DNA from: an uncultured Nitrososphaeraceae archaeon | GTDB lineage: Archaea; Thermoproteota; Nitrososphaeria; Nitrososphaerales; Nitrososphaeraceae | Direction: 5' to 3' | NCBI GenBank assembly: GCA_963825865.1 | Contig: CAWGVG010000023.1 | Location: 1 to 64,000 of the forward strand | DNA: 64,000 nt | Shown here: positions 45,301-57,168 of the stretch, in pieces | Layout of the letters: the number at the start of each line of letters is the position of its first letter | Numbering within the stretch: position 1 is the stretch's first letter | Position numbers and translations under genes: made by a program | The notes under the pieces: generated by a model | The model's database searches: none | Told to the model about the DNA's origin: nothing | Seen by the model: only the letters and a program-made list of their open reading frames with translations

Positions 45301-46921
45301 TTGAAGTTTGAAGTATTGGCTTTACTGATAACATTTGGAATACTCTTTTCTATTATATCTAGTAGTGCGGTATATGCACAGGTAACAAACACAATGGGTA
45401 TAAAAATCACTTCACCTACTACAAATCAACAAGTTCCTGTCAACAATAGCCTTATAGTCTCAGGAGCATCTTCAGACAATGCTGTTTCTAATTGCCAAGT
45501 TTCTGTTATTGTAAATAATATAAAACCATATCAACCAGCTCTAGCGTCTGGACGTAGTGGAACACACGACTATTCAAAATGGAATTTTACACTTATCCCT
45601 AAATATACTGCTATTAAAGAAGGAGAAAATAAAATAACTGCCAGATTATCATGTCCTACTAACCCTCAGAATTTAACGAAATGGTCTAGTGTAAATTTTG
45701 TTGGAGTTGCTAACAGTCAACAACATGTACTCTTATCTTCATCATCGGTTGCAAGCAGCCCCAACCAAGCAACAAACAACAACAACAACAACATCAACGG
45801 TAAAACCAAAAAATGTAACTGCTCCAATCTCTTCTAATACATTACCGTCGTCATCGGTTGCAGCAGCCCCAACCAAGCCAACAACAACACCAACCAAGCC
45901 AACAACAACAACAACACCAACCAAGCCAACAACAACGCAACCAACCGCCAACCACAACAACAACAACACCAACCAACGCCAACAACAACAACAACAACAC
46001 CAACCAAGCCAACAACAACAACAACACCAACCAAGCCAACAACAACAACAACAACACCAACCAAGCCAACAACAACAACAACAACACCAACCAAGCCAAC
46101 AACAACAACAACAACACCAACCAAGCCAACAACAACAACAACAACACCAACCAAGCCAACAACAACAACAACAACACCAACCAAGCCAACAACAACAACA
46201 ACAACACCAACCAAGCCAACAACAACAACAACAACACCAACCAAGCCAACAACAACAACAACAACAACAACACCAACTAAGCCAACAACAACAACAACAA
46301 CAACACCAACTAAGCCAACAACAACAACAACAACAACACCAACCAAGCCAACAACAACAGAGAATGGTGGAGCTTTAGATAGCGGTGAGATATCAACGGT
46401 AAAACAAAAAGCTAAAAGCATGGATAATGCAAGTAAGCCATTATCTGTTTCAATAGATATTTCCAAGAAGCCCGTTAGTCGGGGAAATAAACAGGCTATT
46501 GTGGTTACAGTCTCTAATGCAAACTCCGATGAGAAAGTTGTTGGAGCTGAAGTTATTGGACATGTTTTCCATCCAGCTGGATTTGTTAAGAAAGAATTTG
46601 TTGGTAACACCGATGACAATGGTCAAGTTTTGTACTCGTGGAAGATAGGGGGAAATGCTAAATCTAGTACTTATATAGTTGAAGCACAGGTATCTGCACT
46701 TGGATACAAAGACAAATTAGCAAAGACAATGTTTAATGTGAATTCGAATTCTGTGTCAACTAATAACCCCGACAACATGAATCCCACACAGGAACAACAA
46801 CAATGATGGATCGACTGACAACATGAATAACTTTGCACAACACATAATAGAAAATGTTAAAAGAAAAATCAAAAGTGATGGAATAAACATTGAGATTCCT
46901 TTACCTATCCCTTTTGGTTGA
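45301..46921 (+). CDS. Secreted Ig-like domain protein with long Thr/Pro (TTTTTPTKP)n linker; several frameshifts
   Basis: Signal peptide (VYA), IKITSP..NQQVP, GENKITA, repeat linker, second beta domain (GNTDDNG..YSWKIG), tail IPLPIPFG. Confidence 0.75.
45865..46358 (+). repeat. Coding tandem repeat, 27-bp core unit (ACA)5-CCAACCAAGCCA, about 16-18 copies
   Basis: Seen directly; units vary in number of ACA triplets. Confidence 0.95.
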
Positions 46922-47179
46922 ATATGGTTTATATCAAAATATTCATTGTTGAAACTTAGCAACTGGTATCTAAAGCTACAAGCTGACTAGTCATTATGCC
47001 TTCGGTTTGGACAATCGATCAGTTCGCCTTTGAAAATATGTTCTTATATCTCGTCTTAAATTAGATAGTAGCCATATATCGCTAGCATTGGAGTGGCATT
47101 ATCATTTCCTCATTAATTTTAAATTTAAATTATGATGTGCAATATGATATTAAATTTGAGATCAAAATAATGCTACTGT

Positions 47180-48925
47180 TTAACTCTCTTCTTGGACTAC
47201 TGCCATTTCTTTACCTGTCATTTCTTTCCGAGTTGGATAGAAATCCTTTATCTCCTTGGTTGAATAATCTTCTACCCATCTGAACTTACGTCGCAATGTG
47301 GCGGTGTACACCTTTTTCCAATCAAGATCGACATATGTTAGCCAAGCCTTCATTACACGCGGATCTATATAGTTTCTTAAAGATGTTCCAAGGTTATAAT
47401 CACGTGTTTCTTTCTGTAATTTGAGCTGTGTCTCAATCTTTTCTAATCTCCCCTCTAATCTATTCTTTTGAATCTTCGTCTTCCATTTCTTTGCTGCAAT
47501 ATCCGCCTTTAATCTTTCAATTGCTTCTTTCTTGCTTTTCGCGGATTCCTCAAATTTCTCCAAGGCTTTCTTGCTTGCAGGGTTTTTTGGATCAATACCT
47601 TTTTTGTGATTACATGTAATAGCAGCTTTCAAGTTCGCCGTTTTTGCAACATAGATTTTCAGTGTCTCCGAGGAATTATTATCTATTTTTATTGGCGGAC
47701 TTGCCAAAGCTTCCTTCAATGTTTTTGTAGCAATATAAGTTCTAAAAACCTTGCCAGTTAATCCTGGGAGGTTTTTACGGTCGATACTACGTAAAAATGC
47801 ATTTACCTTGCTAGATGTTATACCATCAAAAATATGAGAGCCACTTTGCTTACCTTCCATAAACAACTTGAGATTGTTGTAGAGACCTCGGGTATCTTCA
47901 GAATTAGCTTCAATAGTTTTTTGCCAAGGAACGCTGTCCTTACCTAGGAAGTTAAACTCTATAAACTGTTTATCGTTATTTTGAGGAAATTTAATATGCT
48001 CTACTCGTAAGGTTGATGCGCCTACAGTATCAGCTTCTTCTGGATCCTTTTCATCACCAACTCTCATAGCAAGTTTGAATATGAGATAACACACAGTTGC
48101 AATCTTCTTCTGGTTGATATCTTTAATTTTGAGCATTCTATTGATGATTTCTTTTTGAACTTTATCTATGTGTCTTTCAAGTTTTTCTGCCTTCTCATAT
48201 TTTTCTTTGTCATTGTTCTGTCTAAGTGCTGCTGAATCATGCAGCCAAACATATTTTCTTTTGCCTGTTAATTTCTCCATCCATGTGGCTAGCCATGTCG
48301 ATGAATGATCATGAACAATATTTTGCCATGTTCCTTCAGGAACTGGGGCATTTTCTCCTAAATTAAGGGTAACATCTTGAGGTCTTACGCGAGGCTTCCA
48401 TTTGCCGCGAAGCGGATGTTGACCTCTACCCATAAAAAGTCCTGGGGGTTCTACCAACCAGTTTGCAATATCTACCTCGATACCATCCACTATAGCCTTG
48501 CCATATATGGACTTGAGCATTTCTCGCTCAGCCTTTTTTGATGAATACAGTTTCCTTTTCTCTTCTGATGGTAGAATACGAATCCTTTCTATTTCTGCTT
48601 CTTTGATTTTCTTTTCTTGTTCCACAAGTTCGTAAGCTTGTGAGAAATTAACGTCTTTGATGCTATCAATATTGTAGAATTTCTCAGGTAATAATTTTTT
48701 AAAATCGCTTAGAAAATTTAATTGGAAAACAGGGTCTTGAACGTAATGAGTATCCTTCTTCTTTGCCCATGCGTGGACTAACTCCTCTTGGTCGCGATTG
48801 AGCATTAATCTTTCACCGCATATGCTAATACTTATTCCTCTTGGCTGATATTCGGGTGGAAATGCAATACCCTTATGTTCAAGAGAATTCCATTTTGTGC
48901 GTATTATAGTAGTAGCAGATTCCAT
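47180..48925 (-). CDS. top1: DNA topoisomerase IB (eukaryote-type)
   Basis: VEPPGLFMGRGQHP, MRVGDEK, FLGKDS, KVFRTY, CNHK, GTSLRNYIDPR (catalytic Tyr). Confidence 0.97.
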   Translation of the reverse strand: MESATTIIRTKWNSLEHKGIAFPPEYQPRGISISICGERLMLNRDQEELVHAWAKKKDTHYVQDPVFQLNFLSDFKKLLPEKFYNIDSIKDVNFSQAYELVEQEKKIKEAEIERIRILPSEEKRKLYSSKKAEREMLKSIYGKAIVDGIEVDIANWLVEPPGLFMGRGQHPLRGKWKPRVRPQDVTLNLGENAPVPEGTWQNIVHDHSSTWLATWMEKLTGKRKYVWLHDSAALRQNNDKEKYEKAEKLERHIDKVQKEIINRMLKIKDINQKKIATVCYLIFKLAMRVGDEKDPEEADTVGASTLRVEHIKFPQNNDKQFIEFNFLGKDSVPWQKTIEANSEDTRGLYNNLKLFMEGKQSGSHIFDGITSSKVNAFLRSIDRKNLPGLTGKVFRTYIATKTLKEALASPPIKIDNNSSETLKIYVAKTANLKAAITCNHKKGIDPKNPASKKALEKFEESAKSKKEAIERLKADIAAKKWKTKIQKNRLEGRLEKIETQLKLQKETRDYNLGTSLRNYIDPRVMKAWLTYVDLDWKKVYTATLRRKFRWVEDYSTKEIKDFYPTRKEMTGKEMAVVQEES

Positions 48926-49009
48926 CTATTTTATACAACTAAAAGACCATCAACTACTATTCTTAAACCTTACCCAGAAAGTGTTAATATATTCTCTCCC
49001 TAAAAAATA

Positions 49010-49861
49010 ATGATGTCTTTGCCATCAAAAGTTGCGCTAGTGTCAGATAGTTCTGCTGGTATAGGCCATGAGACGGCTTTAGTTCTAGCTAGAAATGGTT
49101 ACGATACCTATGCAGGTATAAGAGATCTAACCCTGTCTCGAGATTTATTACATGTAGCTAAAGAAGAAAAATTGCCTTTACGAATAATCCAACTTGACGT
49201 TAATAGTGATTCTTCAGTCAATATTGGAGTTAAGAAGGTATTAAAAGAACAAAATAGGATTGACTTGCTTGTAAACAATCTGGGCTACATATTGCTTGGT
49301 TGTTTTGAAGATGTTTCAATGAATGAAATGAAGGCACTGTTTGAAACGAACTTCTATGGTACTGTCAGAACTGCTCGTGCAGTCTTGCCGGTCATGCGTA
49401 AACACAAAAGCGGAATTATAATCAATATAAGTTCAATAGCTGGAAGGATTGGATTTCCTGTCTCTTCTGCATTTGTTAGCTCACAATTTGCAATTGAAGG
49501 ATTGAGCGAATCAATGAGATTTGAACTCGAACCATTTGGTATTCATGTATCTATTATTGAACCTGGAATGGTACGTATTACAAATATTCCAAACTCAATG
49601 GTTTTAGCAAACAATGCCAAGAAATTATCTTCTCCTTATTCTAAAATAACTCGCAAGCTGACTGGCAATATAGAGCAAATGATTGAAATGGGAATTAGTC
49701 CAGAAGAAGTTGCATATACTATTTTGAAAGCAGTACAATCCAAACCTCCATTACCCCGCTATCTTGTAGGCAATGATGCTGCCATGATAACAGAAAACCG
49801 TAAATTAATGACAGATATAGAATTTGAGAAGTTTTTGAAGAATACGATTTTGAATGCTTAA
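49010..49861 (+). CDS. Short-chain dehydrogenase/reductase with degenerate catalytic motifs
   Basis: SDSSAGIG, LDV, NNLG, NISSIAG, FVSSQ in place of YxxxK, IEPG. Confidence 0.88.
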   Translation: MMSLPSKVALVSDSSAGIGHETALVLARNGYDTYAGIRDLTLSRDLLHVAKEEKLPLRIIQLDVNSDSSVNIGVKKVLKEQNRIDLLVNNLGYILLGCFEDVSMNEMKALFETNFYGTVRTARAVLPVMRKHKSGIIINISSIAGRIGFPVSSAFVSSQFAIEGLSESMRFELEPFGIHVSIIEPGMVRITNIPNSMVLANNAKKLSSPYSKITRKLTGNIEQMIEMGISPEEVAYTILKAVQSKPPLPRYLVGNDAAMITENRKLMTDIEFEKFLKNTILNA

Positions 49862-50234
49862 TAATATGCTAACTAGTTATTACGCTATGGATATATATAT
49901 ATATAATAATCTCTCGTATTTTGTTATCTATTTCTGATAAAACAAGGAATCATTATCGAAAATTCTGTTTCTTTATAATTGCCGCCGATAGCACATAATG
50001 TTCTTTTAGAACAGAAATTTTTCTCTTCAATAGATTGGAGTCAAAAGGATGATTATATTTTTATATACATACTTTGATACAACTCGAAACAGTATTTTCA
50101 TGCTGAGACAGACCATCATGGTGGGACAAGTTTTCTGAACGGGGTCAGGATCACAAATAGTTGAATGATTGCATCAAATTTTCACTATATGAATTAAAAG
50201 TTGCCTTCTAATTGAATCAAATAAAATTGTAGCA

Positions 50235-52740
50235 TTACACAAGAGAACGCTCAACTTGAATTTTTTCTCCTATTTCTGTATACTCGCCTTCAGCTATTCT
50301 ATTCAATACTTCATTAGCTGCAAATTTATGCAAATATTCATTATTATTTCCGCACCTATAAGAGTAAGTGCAGCGAGGACAACCACTTTCGCTTTTACAA
50401 GGACATTCTGTCAGTATCCTTAATGCTCTTCCTAATACCTTCCCAAATTTATCATACAGTACTCTGCTAGCACCGTTTCCTCCTATACTACCATCGTAGA
50501 TAAAAATCAACCCCGAAGAACCAATGGATATACCCTCTAAATTCTGTGATGCTCCTCCAGTCATCATTCCACTCCCTTCTATGATTACATGTTCTGAGGC
50601 GTGGTAGCTACCCATTTCTACAAATTGTTTGTCATCTACATCATCTATGCTATCTATAGGTCTTAGAGCTCTGAATACAATTTCCTTTGTGACGAATTCA
50701 AATTCTATAGGGCTCTCCAGCATTACTTTCTTTCCTTGTGTGACTTCCTGCCCTATTTCAATATTTGAATAACCTATTACTCTCTTCTGAATTTTCAATG
50801 AGCAATATGTAACCTCAATACCAAATACTTTTCCGTTCGTAAATTTCTAGAATGCTTGGCCACTCATCAATAATTGCTTTTGTATAATATGGGTAGTCTT
50901 TTGGAATGTACATAAGTTCAGCATATGCTTGACCATTCTTTTCAAAATGCAATTTTTTTACTTGATGTCTTCTACCTGAAAGGAAATATACTGCGTTCTC
51001 ATGAAGTTCCTTTAGAGCCTGAGGAAGTGAACGTTCGCCAACTAATTTTTCATTGAATAATATATCGACTCTACTTCCTATTCCACGGATACTATAATCG
51101 CTTAATATCTTACTTGCCTTTTTAAAGTCAGGTACAAATGTTTCATTTATTACTTTGAGTAAACCTTTTGAAACAAGTTTTTGAACAGTGTTCCATACAG
51201 GATACGATTCTACCATTGACAGAGGGGCTATCGCAGGCCATAGCAAGGACCTGATATTCTTCTACAATTGGGTTTGAAGGGTAAGTGTATGCTTGTTCCT
51301 GATCGGCCATATAGTCATCTGGATGGAATCTATAATACTGACTGATCGTTACCAAGTGCAAGGAATGCTGTACCCTTGCTGTCCGCGTCTTGCTGCCTCT
51401 TCCAAACCTCTGCATCAGTCTATGTATGGGAACAATATTGGATATGATTGTATCAACATCGCCAATGTCTATGCCCAATTCTAAAGTTGATGTTGCGGAA
51501 ATTGCCATTAACTCTCCGTGTTTAAATGATTGTTCCGCTTCCTTGCGAACTGCTGTCAAAAGTCCGGCTCTATGCACTCTTATATTTATTTCCTGTCTTG
51601 ATGCATAGAATGCTAAAAGCTTCCGCTCCAAGATGAGAATTGCTAAATGCAATTGTCTTGATACTTCTTCTGGTTGTCTTTTTAAGCAGATAAAGCATCA
51701 ATGATCTGTTCGATCGTAACGATGGGAATAGAATTACAAATTAATTTTACTCTTTCTGCCTATGCCTTGCACGATTTCCATTTTTCTTCCAAAAAGGGTT
51801 TGGCAGAACTCACGAGCATTTGGTAGAGTAGCAGATGATGCTACCACCTGCAATTTTTTTTACTTGATAGTCTTTCAAGTCGGTTTATTAGGTGGTGGAT
51901 ATTGGCTCCAAATACACCTGTATAAACATGGAATTCATCAACAACCAAAAATTTAGCAGATCTTATTGAACGGGAAAATTTTGTCCTGTGCATCAGATGA
52001 TAATGAAGAATATCGAAATTCGTAATTACGATATCTGGAGGGGAAGTTAAAATGGAATCTTTTTCATTCTTAGAGGAATCGCCGTCAAAAACATTAACAC
52101 GTATTCCGAGATGTTCTGCAAGTTGTTTGATTTTTGGTAGTTGATCCCTTGAAAGAGCTTTCGTAGGGTAGACAAAAATTGCGGATATTTTTCCTTTCAT
52201 GCTATCTTGCAAAGTTCCAACATACGAAACCACTTCCGAGATTTTTTGCAGTATCGGAATACAAAACGCTTCTGTCTTACCAGATGCTGTTGGTGCAATT
52301 ATGACTGTATCGATGCCGAGCAAGATTTTTCTAATAGCCTCTTCTTGAAATTTGTAAAGTCGTTCAATTTTCTTTTCTTCCAAAGCAGCCGTAATGGCGT
52401 CGTCTATGGGAAGTTGTGCTAGTTGGTCACCTAATTCGGCCTCGAGTTCTTGGATTACTCTGTAATCGACAATATAGTCGCGCTGGGAATATAATATAGT
52501 TTTGAGAAACTCATTTTTTATTGATTATTTTTTGAAATTAAGGACTTGATTTCTGATGAAGGTCTAAGGATTCTTTCCTGTTCCATCAATGTTTTTAAAT
52601 CCTCTAGTTCTGTGAGATAGCCATTATCGTACATATCCAAAAATTCTAGATATGCCTCATCAAAATTATTTGTTAATGAAACAATAGCACATATATTACA
52701 CTTCAAGCACTGAAACAATAAGCGTCCATCAATTACATGT
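50235..52740 (-). CDS. DEAD/DEAH-box helicase with C-terminal DUF1998 Zn domain (Hrq1/SftH/MrfA-like), split by indels; start approximate
   Basis: APTASGKT, YPTKALSRDQ, DEFH, TSTLELGIDIG, HASEH, CPCKSESGCPRC. Confidence 0.9.
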
Positions 52741-52953
52741 CAGTCATGATTTTTGTGTTAAATAAAATTGTCTGTAAAAAGTGTAACAATTACAATAATC
52801 TTAAATTCAACAGACTTGTGAAATGTCAACGACGTCAATTGGTTTTTCGGCTTCGTTGCGCTCCTGACTTAGCAAATACTTGCCACAATATAGACTTGTT
52901 CCTGCAGCAATACCATTCGAAAGCAGGTATATGTTTTCATTTTTAATTTTTGA

Positions 52954-53535
52954 TCATATCGGTATTTCTTTCTTCTCCGATTTCGATACTATGTAAAATC
53001 CATGTGCAGCAATGAGAAATGCGGCTAGAGTCATCTTTGTTGCGAATACGAGGTTCCATGGTGTCTTTGGATTTGGGTATGGGATGCTTATGCCATCTGA
53101 GTTGTGGACTCCTTTTATCGCATTATCTGTAATGAAAGAATTCCATAGAATAAAGTTGTAAATAAACTCATATAGTGCAATCACTGCGATAGCTAGGATA
53201 ATCAATTGTAAGATTGATTTGACTGATTTTGGTATGCCTTTTAATTTGTTTCCACCAAGCTTGATAACGCAAAACCATGATAGTATAGATACAATCATCA
53301 GATATGTGACAAGTTTTGCAAATCCGTGAAATGGGAATTCAGTATTGACTAATACTTCGCCAACAACTATTCTTCCTGTTTTTGTATATTCTCCAGCACT
53401 TACATAGAGCGCATAGAATGAGATAGATACCATAACAGTAGCACAAAGGTAAAATACAATAAGAAAGAGATTCTTTGTCCTTAATTCCTCCTTTTCCAGA
53501 TCCGAATTGCGCATAGTCTTATGTATGATAGCCAC
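52954..53535 (-). CDS. Four-TM membrane protein, unknown function
   Basis: Hydrophobic helices; YEFIYNF, PYPNPKTPWNLVFATK. Confidence 0.75.
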   Translation of the reverse strand: MAIIHKTMRNSDLEKEELRTKNLFLIVFYLCATVMVSISFYALYVSAGEYTKTGRIVVGEVLVNTEFPFHGFAKLVTYLMIVSILSWFCVIKLGGNKLKGIPKSVKSILQLIILAIAVIALYEFIYNFILWNSFITDNAIKGVHNSDGISIPYPNPKTPWNLVFATKMTLAAFLIAAHGFYIVSKSEKKEIPI

Positions 53536-53766
53536 GTAATTGTGATATAAGAATTACCCGCTTACTCAGAGGTCTTACCATAGCTTTGATTGATATATTT
53601 AATGCGATACCTTGCTATTTATCAACAACAACTCTTTAGGCTATTGTAAAAATTGTGTAAGCATTCTAAAGATTGTTTTATGTTGTAGCCTGTACTAATT
53701 CTATTATGGTTTATCTATTATGGCTTATACAAATCCTTAATTAGTCTGAAAATTGTATTTTTCATC

Positions 53767-54216
53767 ATGACTGTGCACAGAAATCCGATTCCTACGGTTG
53801 ATATTATTCTTCAAAAAGGTTCTTATATCCTATTGGTAAAAAGAATGAACGAGCCATTCAAAGACCATTTTGCATTACCTGGTGGTTTTGTAAATGAAGG
53901 AGAAAGCGTAGAAGCTGCGGCAAAACGGGAAGTTCTGGAGGAAACATCATTAGAAATAGAACCTATTGATATTTTAGGCGTATATTCCAATCCTGAAAGA
54001 GATCCGAGAGGGCATATCTTGACAATTGTATTTGTAGGAACAATTCTTGATGGTGTAGCAAGGCCCGGAGATGATTCTGTAGAAATTGAATGGCTACATT
54101 TAGATGAAATTAAAAATAAAAAGGTTGCATTTGATCACAAGCAGATACTATCTGACTATAGTGAATGGAAGATATTAGGAGGAACGTTCTGGTCATTTAA
54201 ACGTAGAGCAACCTGA
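53767..54216 (+). CDS. NUDIX hydrolase (ADP-ribose pyrophosphatase-like)
   Basis: Nudix box GGFVNEGESVEAAAKREVLEETSL, RDPRG, AFDH. Confidence 0.93.
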   Translation: MTVHRNPIPTVDIILQKGSYILLVKRMNEPFKDHFALPGGFVNEGESVEAAAKREVLEETSLEIEPIDILGVYSNPERDPRGHILTIVFVGTILDGVARPGDDSVEIEWLHLDEIKNKKVAFDHKQILSDYSEWKILGGTFWSFKRRAT

Positions 54217-54565
54217 AGAACTGTCAGGCTTTCTTCTTTGCACTTAATATCAAGGATTGCATATATTATAATTATGCTGGTTTTTTATTGCTTGGTATCG
54301 TTATAGAACAACATTTTGCTTTGTAAATATTTTTAATCTGGTAGCTGCAGACTCTAAAGTAAGTTGATTAAAAAAGTTGTTTAACTATTTTTTTAAAATA
54401 TTGTTTTTACCCTTTTGAACTAGTTAATGTTTGTGTCCAAATCGCTCCATGAGTGTATGAACGTACACTAGTCTATAATGGTATTAGTCTTTTTTCTATC
54501 ATATTACTAATGACGTATTTTTCTACTTACTATGGCTGGCTTATGTTGTTTTTGTCTTTGGGTTC

Positions 54566-54976
54566 CTAATTTGCCAATCCAGCGTCTCTGAACTCCTTGC
54601 ATATTACATCTAGCTTCTGAGTTGTCTGATATTTTTCTATTGGATAGTCGGTCGTTGCTTCCTGCTGTTGTATGATGGTTCCATCGTTTACGAGCTCATG
54701 AAGAATCATGTTTACCATTCGATTAAAAATACTATCATCTTCAGATTGTATCAGCTGCCGCCCAAAGTGTAGCTCCTTACCAGACAGATAACCCTGCAAA
54801 CGATTTCGCAAAAATAACTGCGATGGTGTAAATGTTATCGTCGTCGTTTCTCCTCCACCACCACTCTTGTTGAGAGTTTCTGCACACATAATCCTACAAA
54901 AAGCTTGTTTGAATGTATTAATGTCTCTATCAATCAGAACTCGTTTGATATCTTCGTCTATTATCTCGTCTACCAT
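54566..54976 (-). CDS. Hypothetical protein
   Basis: 136-aa ATG ORF, AGGAG-like element upstream, possible wHTH-like end. Confidence 0.55.
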   Translation of the reverse strand: MVDEIIDEDIKRVLIDRDINTFKQAFCRIMCAETLNKSGGGGETTTITFTPSQLFLRNRLQGYLSGKELHFGRQLIQSEDDSIFNRMVNMILHELVNDGTIIQQQEATTDYPIEKYQTTQKLDVICKEFRDAGLAN

Positions 54977-55293
54977 CGGAACAACTCCTTAGTCTTACAT
55001 GTATTTAAAACGTAGTCATCAAATACTTGGATACTTGATACTGCTTAGGTTTTGAGTTATGCGAAAGGTTACCCATGATGTGGCCTGAAAAACCTTGAAG
55101 TAAAATAGTATATTTGGTAATTGTTTGACATTATAACTAACTAATTTTTTACTTGTGTTTGCATTATTATTATCACTATTTAATTTTTCACTTAAAAAAA
55201 TTCCCTTTAGAAAACTACTACTGCAGCCCAACTGTCATAGAAAGTTGTTAGAGTGTTCAATATAGTTAAGAGACTCTTTATTTTTGTCCTATG

Positions 55294-55482
55294 CTATCTA
55301 TTATCCTCATTATGATGTTTATTATAGGGCTTGTCTTCATTTTCCTTATGTTTTGGACCTTTCAGTTCTATTTCAGCTATTCTAAAGCCTGCTTCCTTTG
55401 CCTGCTTTGTTAAAGACGAAACCTTTTGCATGACAATAGTTTCATCATCTTCATCTGTGTACATTTCTATTTCAATTTTCAT
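55294..55482 (-). CDS. Small acidic hypothetical protein
   Basis: 62-aa ATG ORF with protein-like composition. Confidence 0.45.
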   Translation of the reverse strand: MKIEIEMYTDEDDETIVMQKVSSLTKQAKEAGFRIAEIELKGPKHKENEDKPYNKHHNEDNR

Positions 55483-55802
55483 ATTAATAATGATAATAAG
55501 GGAAAGAATAGTATTTATTAATTAATTCTAAACTGTCATAGCATTAATAGCAGTAAAAGCAAATCATAATCTTATTTTAATAGCAGACTCAGTATTAGCC
55601 TGAGATGATAAATAATGAGTCATATCCTGAAAAAGACCATCGAGGGATTAAAGAAGAACATTAACATGATACGACAAAAACAACATCTGGTTCAGTTTAT
55701 TCAGAATAAGAGGAGGAATGGAAGCAGACCACCACCAATCAATTGCTGATATAAATACTACTACTAGTCAGTAACTCAAAATGCATATGTATTGTTTAGT
55801 AC

Positions 55803-56072
55803 CTACCTGGTGATAGAAGATGAGCGTTGAAGAGAAAAATATGCAATTGATGAAGACACTTGACGATGCTTGTCTAGGCTTGAGAACGGAATAGATATCT
55901 CAACTTTAAATAGATAAGATAGAGCCATGTCATACTGGTCTACAATTCGCCGCGCTTCATTTTTAAAGAAATATTCAATCGTACTGACAAACGAAACTAT
56001 AAGATAATTTTTTAAGGACACTTTCATTCCCGGGTCGAAATTTTCATCATATAACTTTGTAATAATTGGCAC
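55803..56072 (-). pseudogene. Truncated gene, possibly the N-terminal helix of a HEPN-like protein
   Basis: NYLIVSFVSTIEYFFK helix pattern; no RxxxxH motif seen. Confidence 0.35.
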
Positions 56073-56256
56073 TACTTCATTTTCAACTCCGAGCAGCTTT
56101 ACCTTTACCTGTCATACTTAACTTTAACCTCCGACTTTTTTAAAGTTAGACGATTGGACGGGAAAGAAATCTTGCCTCCTTTATGAACTTTCAATGCCAT
56201 AATAATGTAAGTATTTTTATTCAAGATAAACTTTATTAAATAAGTGAAAGCATCGC

Positions 56257-56584
56257 TTGTCTTCATATGTTAATTTTCCTGTGCATGAAACGATAGAGGT
56301 TAACGATGTTTCGGACATTCGTAGTGCTGTCGATAGAATAGTGGAAGCATATGAACAACTGCACCAGCATAGAAACTTTAGCTATCGTCTTTTGCTTCCG
56401 AGAGAACAAAAATCTACTACAAAAGCTAAAAAAATTGGATTCGTAGTTCAGGCAGAATTTTTGTTAGCATTAAAGAAGAGAAAGTTAAAGCCAGATATTA
56501 AAGAAATCAGGTATGTACACGACAAAAATCATTATGGATGGCTCGCTTACGGATTCTGAAATACAAAATACATTAAATGGGTAA
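56257..56584 (+). CDS. Hypothetical protein of thaumarchaeal type (indel near the end)
   Basis: YRLLLP, IKEIRYVHDKNHYGWL. Confidence 0.65.
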
Positions 56585-56633
56585 AGTAATAATCTAGGCT
56601 CAGTAGAAACCAGTCTTTTCTGATAAACACATC

Positions 56634-56790
56634 AAGGGTTTGTAAGAGTTTAACACAATACTCCAGGTGAGAGAAGCAAGGTACGTCAGATTAGCAAATA
56701 CCATGTTACATGTCTTAAGAAATGCTAGAATGCCAATATTTCTTCACAGAAAGAGCAATCACATATTCACAATCTGGCAGAAATCTACCA
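56634..56790 (+). mobile_element. Left-end stub of an IS5-like element
   Basis: AGGGTTTGTA end followed by GTG-REARYVRLANTMLHVLRNARMPIFLHRKSNHIFTIWQ, then truncation. Confidence 0.6.
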
Positions 56791-57168
56791 TTATCTGTTG
56801 TTACAGATGATAAGTGATATGATAGTGTAAAGGTAATCATGTTTTAGTCGAAGAACTCATGCATTTAGTGTGTTACCTGCAAGATTATAACAAATTCAAT
56901 CGATAGATTCTTATCAAACTGCTTACGATTTTTCAAATCAGAAATATGTTCTAATTGATTTACTACTTCCTTAGCAATCCACTGAGGGAAAACTCATTTG
57001 TCTTTAAGTCATGGAATTCTTGTCTTAATCTTGCTAATTAGATTGCTAATACTGTGTCATCAATATATACTTCTTCAAATACAAAACTTAGCCTATTGAA
57101 GTAGATCTCAAATCATATATGATAATTCGTCATGCTGATGGAAGTTCAAGGAATCGTTATTTGACAAT

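Noticed and set aside
45865-46358. Repeat array as a possible CRISPR
   Set aside because: No unique spacers; it is a contiguous coding tandem repeat
45742-46619. Long poly-Val, poly-Leu, poly-Gln and poly-Asn ORFs
   Set aside because: Alternative-frame and antisense shadows of the stop-free A/C tandem repeat
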